NCBI GenBank assembly: GCA_009602735.1
Contig: WELA01002297.1
Location: forward strand, 842,773-891,078
DNA: 48,306 nucleotides
Reading direction: 5' to 3'
From: Mesotaenium endlicherianum
Lineage: Eukaryota
In this document: piece after piece, positions 10,358 through 20,816 of the stretch
Layout: every line of letters begins with the position of its first letter
Position numbering within the stretch: the stretch's first letter is position 1
Made by a program: the position numbers and the translations under genes
Notes under the pieces: model-generated
The model's input: only the letters and a program-made list of their open reading frames with translations
Told to the model about the DNA's origin: nothing
Databases searched by the model: none

Positions 10358-11622
10358 CATACTCACATCCATCACCCTGATCATCCTCAGCCTGGTCTCC
10401 TTCAATAGCATTGTAGGAAGCGTGGGGCTTTTTGACAATCTTAGACAACAAAGCATTACTTTGGCGCTTGTGATTGAACTGCTGCTGATCCCAGGCATCA
10501 GCATACTGGATCAAGTCAGCCAGTTTCTCATACTTCTTTTCAGCAAAATGACCAGACTTCGGATTTCAAGCCATACCTGAAGTATGCTATCCTATACCTT
10601 TCTGGCAAGTCTAGCTGTTTCATCATATTCTCCTGGAACTTTTGAGCAAACTCAGCAACTGAAGTGGTCTACTACAGTGTCAACGAGATCATTGCATAGA
10701 TAGTTTTCTCCTGCTGGTTGATGACATCAAACTTCTCATGCAACTTCTCGACAAACTCTACCCACGTAGGGTCACCGAGTTGCTGAGCCTTACGCTCTCC
10801 TTTCCAGTAAAGCCACCAGTCTGCGGCAATGCCTTTCAGTAGCGCACGGGTGTGCCTGACCTTCTCGTAATCTTGCAGTTCTGGATAGTTCTCCAGCCAC
10901 TGCTCAACATCCGCAAGAAACTTGATCAGGTAATATTTTCAGTTTCCCTCAGGATCATAATCCTGGGGAGGTTTCGGCTTGGGCTTACTAGGCCCTCAAC
11001 CACCACCACTAGTGGTTTGAGACCCCAGTTGGTCTCTGTCCCGCAGTAGAGACATTATGATTCTTTTGTCCTCCTGTTGGGACTGATACATGGTCGCCAT
11101 TTGCGACTGCATTTGAACGAACAATGCTCCCAAGTCTACACTCTGGGGTGGTAGTCTAGCAAATGCAGCAGCAGCATTGGCATCTACTCGCTGAGTAGTG
11201 TCCTCAACAGTCCCTCTCGCTCCTGCAGCAACAATTCCTGCCGCATTCAGCCGGTCACGTATTTGACCTAGGGGTACATTGAGTTGTACAGCAGGAGGTG
11301 GGTTCGGATAACTGGCCCTAGATGCCATAAATTCTTCAACCGTGCGCTCGTCAGCGGGCTGTCCTTCCCTCCTTTCTGTATCTTCAGCATCTTTTGCTAA
11401 TTGTTCAGCTTCTAATCTGGCTCTCTCCTCCTCAGCTTGCTGTGCTGCGACTGCGGCCATAGCAGCTTGTTCATCTGCAGCCTCTCTAGCTGCAGTATCT
11501 ACCACTGCTTCAGAATAGGTACGGGTTCCCGCTACATGGCTTTCCGCCTGGTTTTCGACGATCTCGTTATCCTGGTTCTCCATGTCTCGGGAGTTGCTAG
11601 TTTGAGACCTTGTGCTTACCAT
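10358..11622 (-). pseudogene. gag: Truncated gag of copy B
   Basis: [16 protein letters not shown]... matches A gag. It has a CGA>TGA stop at 10,996, small deletions, and ends at the LTR junction. Confidence 0.9.
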
Positions 11623-12376
11623 ACAAAGAAGACTGTGATAACAGCTCCGATACCACTGAAATGAATCAACTTACCAAATAGGCAATTACCAATTAATAAA
11701 GATCTTTATATCAGCAAGTAATCTTTATGGTATTTTTCGTCAACTGGTTAAGCGGCAAAGGACAACACACGAGCAGGGAACAATACTCGTAAGTCAAATG
11801 CGAGTAAACGAGCATCAATGATGCAATCAGTAAACTTATACATAAGCAAGGTTAGAAGACAGTGCGTATCAATGGCTTCTCGCCTTGGATTCAGATCTCT
11901 CTCAGTAAGTCGTACAAGAGAGTTGGCCTCGTTTCCGAATGCCGAACTCGAGAGCAATGCCTAGCATATGTACATGGAATGAGTTTACTGGTTAACGGTC
12001 AGTGCGATGGCATCGCCTACCCGGGAGTTAACCACGTTGGTAGGACCTCGGTTAACCAAATCCACCGCCATCTCCCATCATCCCGAATCGTCATCCATCA
12101 TAGGGATGTCATCTGGCCATTCATCTAGCATACCACACTTAGATGCATATCGAGGCAGTTCGCTGCTACCAAGTACGGAAGTCAGCTGGCTGTCAAAGAA
12201 TGTGTCAGCAAGCTGACTTAAGTGGACTTCAGCCTGCTGCTTCCTGCTGAGTCATTAAACTGATATTGAATGCAAAGTCCAGCAGATTGATTATCAACTA
12301 GAGTTTAGTAGGCTGAACTTAATTAACTATTATATTTAAATGAATATTATATCTACTAATATACTGATTCATCACA
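10358..12376 (-). mobile_element. Copy B: 5' LTR (11,657-12,376), PBS (11,644-11,655) and gag, cut by the copy A LTR
   Basis: Reverse-complement LTR TGTGATGAATC...TTCATTTCA, PBS TGGTATCGGAGC, and gag highly similar to that of A. Confidence 0.92.
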
Positions 12377-15300
12377 CGATGCCTCTGGGAACACTTGGGA
12401 ATTTAAAGACCAGCTGATCAATGCCAAAGGGGCGTTGAAACGATTCCACCTTCGGGCGGCTAGGGCACCTCCCTAACTGTCATTTCAGTTGACATGGAAA
12501 AGTGACAGAAGGTCCTGTCTCCATTTAAGTTGGAGGGGAAATGTGCCAGTGTATGGCAATTAGTTTGCGAGAATAGGACAGTTATTGACAGTAAAAGGTC
12601 AGTATAGAGACAAATATAACAACCAGACCCACATGAAGCAAAGATGGCGGAATGAAAAAGGGACTCGCACATCAACACATCACTTACCTCACCCTGCACA
12701 CACATTCATCCGTTTGGTTTTCAGCGCATTACAGCTCCGTTAACTCCTAGTAACCACCCTGTAAGGTAAACAAGAGCAAACCTACCATAATAATACAAGC
12801 TTAATTCTCTGTCTGCAACTCCTTTGATAAAGATCGAGATTTTACTAACTTGTGCCCTGCTTACATGTGCAAGATGGCTCCCACCATACAAAAGGAAGAC
12901 AGAAAGCGCAAGGCAAAAGAAGCCAGGAGGACAATGGAGCAATACCAGAAAGAGTTGGCGGCAACGTTCCTCACCAGGAGAGAACAAGAAAGGGTCCGCA
13001 GACAACAAGAGGCGGCGGAGGAAGCACAGAGGAAGAAGGAGCAGGAGGCGGAAAACCTCACGAAAGCGGAAGAGGAGAGATAGAAGAAATAACAAGAAGA
13101 AGAGGCGCCAGCAGAGGAGGAGAGAAGCAAGAAGGCTGAAGCTAAGAAGCAGAAGAGCTTGGCCACTTACAGATATACTGTGGTGGGTGGCCAAACCTTT
13201 GATAACCTGAAGGAAGCAGTACTGGCAGCCCAGGAGATCAACAAGTTGGAACAGACAACACTTCTACAGAAAGAAGGAGCTGAAGCACTGGATAGGTACA
13301 TCGAGACACACACTGGTGTGGTCCTCTGCGAAGGTTAAGCCAAGATGGTGAGCTATACAGCAGAGCAAGCTCGGTACCTTGCAGCTGATTCGGAGAACAA
13401 GCCAGTTCCAGTTTTTGGAATAGTGGGAGATTAAAGACTCATCAGAATGGTGAGCATGCAGCCCGATAGCTTTAAGAATACGCTATTTTACCTGACACTG
13501 CTGCCAGCTTACAATGAGGTTGGGCGAAGGAGTTGGGAGTACCTGGCTAGGGAAACAGGGCAACAGATGTTCTCTCCCCACTGGTTTCCTTATAAGCTGA
13601 AAAAGGCTAAGCATGGGCCACAGTACTACCAGCAGCCTACAGACGGGAGGTGGATGACCGTCACTAACAAGAAGCAGGAGTGTGACTGGGCCCAACCAAA
13701 TGACGTCCACTATGGGCTAAACGGCAACCTCATGCAACCACCTCACATTGCCCCTTGGGACCCCACACTGAATGGATGCTTGAGTAATATATATGTGGAG
13801 ACCAGAGAGCACAGGAGGAGGGGGAGAGACTATTTCTCTAAAGGGAAGCATGCCTTTGTCAAATGGGCGAAAAATGCAGGCCGGATAGATATCAGCAGGC
13901 TGAAGGCCAAGCAACCCCCAGCCCGTCTTAAGAAAGTGCGATCAGTAGATTTTTCCATGTCTACCAAGGAGCAGGATGACTTAGTGGACGAGACCCCAAC
14001 CCTCTCAAAGGAGGAAGATGAGGAGGATGAGAAAGAAGAAAAAGGCAGATGAGAAGCATCAGGAGTTGGTACTCAAGAGACCCAGGGGCAGGCAAAAGGA
14101 GGGACTCCAAGGGCGCAAAGATCACGTGTATGAAATGTGATCCCCGTCATGGAGGCAACATGGCCCCACACTCGTTCTCCCAGCCCACCTGCCCAAGCAG
14201 GGGACGAAGCTGATCTGACTGTTCTGGGCAGCAGAGAAAGGCAGAAATCCCCAGAGGACAGGGGTACCAAAAGAACAACACGCGGAGTAGCCAGTGGTAT
14301 GCTGGCCACCCCCTTCAATCAGGGACATGTGCCTCTTGCCAATGTATTTCAGCATCCTACCAAAATGCCTGTTCATGTGGGTATCAACATCCAGGTGGTT
14401 GAAGAGCAGGCTACAATCCTTCGTTCACCTCGGAGCTCAACTTTAGAGCAAACCGGGTTCTTTAGAAGGCCAGCTGACAGACCTAGAGGGCTGTCGAGAT
14501 CTAGGTCCAAATGTCAATTCCCTAATCCTGAAGCCCCAGGAACAACCCCTTAAACATCAAGACCATCCTCCAGTCAAGCCTTGCTGGAGGTCTCTCTGTT
14601 TGCATCCCACAACGGAAGTGGATTGAGGGTGGAGGTGATAGTTCACAGTCACGAGTGATCCCCACAGCTAGGCAACAGTGTTGAAGCAAAAGGCAGGCTT
14701 TGAAGGGGGTAATTTTATTAGTTCCCTGATTAAGTATTTCTATAGTTTAATTTTGTCGAAGCGACAACAATCTAAGTTGGAGGGATTGTAATGAATCGCT
14801 ATATTGGTAGATATAATATTTCAAATACAGTAGTGAATTAAGTTCAACCTGCTGAAATTTAGTCAACATTCAATCTGCTAGACTCTATATAATTATCAGT
14901 TTAATGACTCAGCCGAGAGCAGCAGATTACAGTTAACTTAAGTCAGCTTGCTGACACATTCTTTGACAGCCAGCTGACTTCCTTACTCAGTAGCAGCGAA
15001 CTGCCTAGACATGCATCTAAGTGTGATATGTTAGATGAATGGCCAGATGACATTCTTATGATGGATGACAATTCGGGATGATGGGAGATGGTGGTGGATT
15101 TGGTTAACCGTGGTCCTGCCAATTCCCGGGTAGGCGGTGCCATCGCACTTGCCATTGAACAGTAAACTCATTCCATGTACATATGCTAGGTATTGCTCTC
15201 AAGGTCGGCATTTGGAAACGAGGCCAACTCTTTTGTACAGCTTACTAAAAGACATCTGAATCCAAGGCGAGAAGCCATTGATATGCACTGTCTTCTAGCC

Positions 15301-15492
15301 TTGCTTATGTATGAGTTTACTGATTGCATTATTGATGCTAGTTTTTTTGCATTTGAGTTGCGAGTATTGTCCACTACTAGTCTATTGTCTTCTGCTGTTT
15401 AATCAATTAACAGAAAATACCAAGAAGATTACTGCTGATATGAAGATCTTCATTAATTGTTAATAGCCTATTTGGTAAGTCGATTCATTTCA
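12377..15492 (+). mobile_element. Copy C, 3' part: end of chromodomain, internal PPT, degenerate accessory ORF, PPT (14,774-14,786) and 3' LTR (14,787-15,492)
   Basis: 12,377-12,537 matches 7470-7630 of A. LTR TGTAATGAATC...GATTCATTTCA. Confidence 0.9.
12874..14553 (+). pseudogene. Accessory third ORF of copy C (several stops and frameshifts)
   Basis: MAPTIQKEDRKRKAK coiled-coil, then YRYTV, YNEVGRRSWEYLARET, PTDGRWMT, LNGN..PPHIAPWDP, FSKGKHA and GHVPLANVFQHP, all shared with A. Confidence 0.8.
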
Positions 15493-16342
15493 TTTTCTTA
15501 CCAATCAAGCTGTTTGATCGCCCACAGACCGACTTGTCTTTGAGATGACAAAGAGAACCCAATCACTATGGCCTATCTCTTGCCTCGTCACGTACTCTGG
15601 CTGGTCACGTTTGCATAATATAAGATCTTGGCGGCACTGCTCCACTCTGAAGTCGCCTAGCTGATCGATTCTTACTAAATGACAGCTATATGTCTCGTCT
15701 TGACAGGCACCTTTTATTGGCCCGCTCTGCCACTTCGGTGCCGCTAATCAGCCGAAATGGTAACTTTGGCCTGAATTCTTAAGCGGCTCAATCAAACTGC
15801 CACCTATCAGGTTCCTACAAATACTTCCCTATCTCGCTCTCATAAGGACCACGTCTCATATGACGCTCAAGAAATCGACTAAGGATTTATTATCCACAAC
15901 TGTTGAGGGTGCATTAGTTTCCTCTCACCAAGTACCTACTATAAGACAAGGTCCAAAATCTACCTCAACTAACGAATTTTAAAGGTCATATTCGTATCAT
16001 TTCCCGCTGTACTCACATTTGACCATACCTACTTGTGCATCACACTTTCACATACCAACTTGAGGCTCTTTTTAAACTAGTATCCTTCTTAACATATAAC
16101 AATCTTGTTCATGTTTTGACTGCCGTAATTAGTATCAACAACGATCATCAAACGCGTTGATATCTCCACGCTACCACATGTTCTTGCTTTTGCCCTGACC
16201 ATGATCTTGGGTTGATTGGCCTCATTCAAGTTGCTTCCTTTCATCTTTGCCAAAGAGAAAGCTTGTCTTCGTATTTTGCACCTTCCTCAAGCAGATTCTC
16301 TTATAGAAGGCTCCATATGAATAGCCACAAGTATATATAAAG

Positions 16343-16346
<4 letters not shown>

Positions 16347-16401
<55 letters not shown>

Positions 16402-16705
16402 GAANNNNNNNNNNNNNNNNNNNNNNNNNNNNNNNNNNNNNNNNNNNNNNNNNNNNNNNNNNNNNNNNNNNNNNNNNNNNNNNNNNNNNNNNNNNNNNNN
16501 NNNNNNNNNNNNNNNNNNNNNNNNNNNNNNNNNNNNNNNNNNNNNNNNNNNNNNNNNNNNNNNNNNNNNNNNNNNNNNNNNNNNNNNNNNNNNNNNNNNN
16601 NNNNNNNNNNNNNNNNNNNNNNNNNNNNNNNNNNNNNNNNNNNNNNNNNNNNNNNNNNNNNNNNNNNNNNNNNNNNNNNNNNNNNNNNNNNNNNNNNNNN
16701 NNNNN

Positions 16706-16736
<31 letters not shown>
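16347..16736. repeat. (GA)n microsatellite spanning an N gap
   Basis: Pure AG runs on both sides of the gap. Confidence 0.9.
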
Positions 16737-16739
<3 letters not shown>

Positions 16740-19700
16740 AGAGGGAAGGAGGGAGAGCTTGTAAAGGGAATTTTAGTAAAACAGTGGACTAGATTGGCCC
16801 ACATAGATATCATGACATCCTTGACCAGTTTGCTTAGGTTGGCTGGGAGGGTAATTAGGGTGGCCGGGAGGGTTCCTGGAGTTCAACGGTATCGTGGACG
16901 GTGGCTGGGAAGCAGTCATGATCATGTTCAAATTCATGGCCAAGTTTGAGACGTGAAACAGTTCGACGACTAGACTAGGATGAGTAGGAATTGGTGGATA
17001 GTGAGGAATAGAGCAACCACTAGACCTGGCTCAGTCGTGGGCAGATAGGGACCAATGGAGAGCTGGCGAGGAATACTTGGTTGATGGCAAGAGTTCAGAT
17101 TTTTAGGAACATGTGGACATTTCAAGTGGGGTTTGTATGTACGGTCCTGTCTCACAATTTTGTTTAAAATTTTTGGTAATTATTTATTTTTAATTTATTT
17201 TCTGTACATATATTGAGATCAAATGTCAGATGGTTTAAAAACAATGATCGTTGTTCCATGCCCATACATAGACGCAAACGCACGCACAGGCTAAAGATTT
17301 GTGCAAAATGGAAGTGGAAATCATTTTTGTATTTAGTTGAATTTCACAATCTTACTGCAAGTGCTATTTGCCAATTTCATAATATGCGCTTGAACAAGCT
17401 TGTCCATTCAAAATGCACGTGCAGGCGTTGCAAAATTTGATCACCACTTGGATAATTATAATAATATGTACAGCATGTGCTGCTCTTGTGGACATTAATG
17501 ATGAGATTGAATGACCAGGACGATTTCCAGACAAAGGGAATAAACATTGACCTCAGATTTTAAAATAAAAAGATATATACAGACATATATATTTTTTGTT
17601 TCAAAATATGTAACGTGTAAGTGCAATTAACATGATGGATTGTGGATGACTTTGAGGATGGTACACCATGAGTTATGGAAAGCTTTTCTTGACAAGAAAT
17701 ATAGTTTGTGACTCCAGTGAGTTTTTTTTTGTGCATAATATGATTTGCATGGTGAGCTTGACGTGCACTTAACCATGATTGCTTGGCACACACTCGTTTA
17801 AAAATATAAGCACTTTGACGTAACATCATTCAACACAAGCGTGCTAGCAAAAGTGCACGTCGGGCATTTGCACTTGTAGGAGGTTCATTCGCACACACGT
17901 ACACCTGCTCAAATGCCAGCTTGCATTGATTGCGAGCTCGTTCATACGAGCGTACATATACACATACGCACACGTGCATGCTTTCCCGCACGCATGTGCT
18001 CAAATTTATTTATGTGAGCCATTGTGGGCAAGCACCCCAGCGCTCCTTTCACGCGTGCATGGTGGGCGCTCGCTCGCACACACGCGTTTTTCGCTTGTGT
18101 GAAAGCCTATAAGATCAAGAATACACACGCATAAAGTTGGTCCAAAGCATTAATGTTATTTTTCCGAAGTCGTGTAGTCCATATCCACACGCTTTTTTGA
18201 ACGGCTGACACCAGTGCTGACAGGCCGCCTAATCCGGTCTGACAGCTTGACAACGATTTTGTAACCCAGGGTAGCACGGTGGCGCTGGCTGGGGAATTGA
18301 ACGGGGACTGACCCAGTCGCAAGTCTCTTGAGACGCACGCCTGAACGGCGCCTGAAGAGATTAGACCAAGAAGTGTTCGGGAGAAAAAGGGCGAAGACAC
18401 ATAGTTGGATATAACTTTTTGGGCGATAAACGTCCAAGAGTGAAAACGGAATCTTTGCTTCTTTTGCCCAAGAATTCCAATCCAAACTAGCAGCATGGGT
18501 TGGATATGTATGGAAGCGGTGTGTGCTAGTGAGTGCGACCAGGCAGCGACCTGGTTGTCGACAATACACGCACGTCAAAAAGATACGGCCAACCTTGGTT
18601 TCCCAAGATCTACGACAACGCTGCTTGTAAAAAAAGGGGGGTAGTATCTATAAGTTTGGAGCTTGTAGCACCTGGTAGCACCTCACGAGAATCGACAGTG
18701 ACAGTTGCAATGCTTCACAGCGCGTTACCCATGCCCTGTGCAGCTCAGCGTTGCCAGAAGGTCACTCACTCCCCCCGTCCTCTCCTATCCCCACCCATCT
18801 CCACCCATCTCCACCAGTCTCTCTGCTCGATGAAGGAAGCTCATCGACTTCGTCGGCTGCACCGCAAGAACCCAACACGTGTAGCATAGAGAACGGCCCG
18901 GAGCTGCGCCCAGCAGCGCTCGGACAATTATTGAAAGGACGGTCGTAGATTACGCAATCATCGACAACATTTTATCCTTTTATGCTCTGCTCCAGTCTGC
19001 TTGCTCCTCAACTGCTGGAACTGGCTCGAACTTCAAGTTCTCGAGTAACCTGAGCCAACTGGAGCCCACATTAGCATAAGCCAGTATGAGCAACCTAGAG
19101 TAATACGACGTTCAAAAGCGCCTACTGGAAGGATCCATAATTACAATCGACTACTTTAACTGCATGCCGCTTCCTTTCTTTGCTAGTACAACCCTATTTC
19201 TTCTCTGCGCTGACGTCCTCTTTTGGTGTTCCGTGTGACGTCAAGCCTGCATTTGAAGGTAAGATATGCTGAATGTCGATCACACGGCGTCCATGCATTC
19301 AGAGTCCAGATCAGAGAGGAATGCTCGAAGTATCTCTGAGAATATACACGATTGGCACTGCATTATCCCGTGGAATGTCGTGAGATTAGAGCGCCAATGA
19401 AAGGTGCTGCATTGCTGCTACACGGATTTGGGAGCTTCTATGCATATGAAAGAGGACTTGGCTGAAACCTCGTTTGTTTGTATCGGAAGTAAAACGGCGA
19501 GAGAAAAGAACGATGCCTTCACGATTGAGGATAGCAACTAATGTTTTATGCCCTTTCGGCATTAATACAGAAAGGTTTTGGACAGGAAAACAGCTGATAT
19601 GTTGTTTCTGCATATGTCACGAGGGTCCTCTTCTTTGCACTGATGCAGATTTGAGGATTACAAAGAGCTCATCACGTTCTCCAAATAACTTTGATATACA

Positions 19701-19799
19701 ATAAATTTGGCCATGGAGCCTAGCGATCATGACGGAGTTGGCAGCATATTTGTTCAGTATCAGGAAGTTTTGTTGGCCTAGGGCCAAGAACTTAGAGTT

Positions 19800-20720
19800 T
19801 GTAACGATCTGAGCTTTTTAGGCGTATTTGGGACGTTTTCCCGATTACCTAAAATACGTTATACTATTTATCATACATTATTTGATAAATGATTGCATCA
19901 CATTGAATTATTTGCCACACGCGCGTGCCGATTAATTCTCGGTCGATTGGCGAAACGACCGAGATACTATTGCAAAAAGCGTCGTAACGTAATTCGACTA
20001 CTTCGCAAAAGTACGACATAATTATTCATAAAGTTACTTTGATTAATTATGAGATGATAACTTAATTAAGCATTGTTTGATTAAGCTATTTTGATTGTCA
20101 TTATTTTGGATAATGCACAGTCACAGGTTTTGGATTTACGACCAGTCGTTCATACGAACAAACAGTTGCAACAGTCAAACGACACATAATATGCAAAGCA
20201 ACTTTGCATCCGATCGGATTCGAACCCGCGACCTGTCGTTTGAAACGTTCACACCTAACCGTTTGGCGAAGTAATTTTTATAACTACCGGTTTATGACGA
20301 AAAGCATCTGTACGCGACTCCGCGAACAGTCGCGACTTTTCAAGAAGTTGCGAAAACGCGAAAACGCTCGTTTGGCGCAGAACGGTTTTTCGGAAACCGT
20401 CGAAAAGTCTCCAAACGGCCAAACGGCGCGTTTCGAGCATTCAATCGAAATGGGTCGTACCCCTTCGCTTGTTTTTGTTGACATGAACCAGTGCCCTAGG
20501 TGGTGACTCGAAGCACTCCAGTGCCTCACGTCGTGCAGGTATAAATACCTGCAGAGTCATTGTGAGTGCAACTCTCACAAGCACATATTCTACGTTAGTC
20601 TTCATTTTCGCTTTCTCGAGGATTTGTCAATTTGCACAAGTATATAGATTTTCTTTAAACTTCACTTAAATATGTCTTGAATACCGAGGAAAGATCCTCA
20701 TAAAAAGCAAAAATGCTACA
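19800..20720 (+). mobile_element. Solo LTR (921 bp) of another family
   Basis: TGTAAC...GCTACA ends, TSD GAGTT at 19,795-19,799 and 20,721-20,725, TATAAATA at ~20,540. It interrupts sequence colinear with ~34,550-34,660. Confidence 0.85.
20205..20270 (-). other. tRNA-like Pol III promoter remnant (A box and B box) inside the solo LTR
   Basis: Minus strand has TCGCCAAACGG (A-box-like, 20,269-20,259) and a perfect GGTTCGAATCC (20,226-20,216) at tRNA-like spacing. There is no acceptor stem. Confidence 0.55.
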
Positions 20721-20816
20721 GAGTTTCTAAAAATATGTAGCAATACTGATTAATCATTATTTAGCATCACTTGTGTGACGATCCCTGCAGAGCTTGAAAG
20801 AGGGTCGCTGATCTAG

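Noticed and set aside
16300..17156. Possible LTR ending ...GTCTCACA with an internal (GA)n
   Set aside because: The partner end and TSD could not be identified across the gap.
20205..20270. Functional tRNA gene
   Set aside because: No acceptor stem, and the anticodon and T stems pair poorly.
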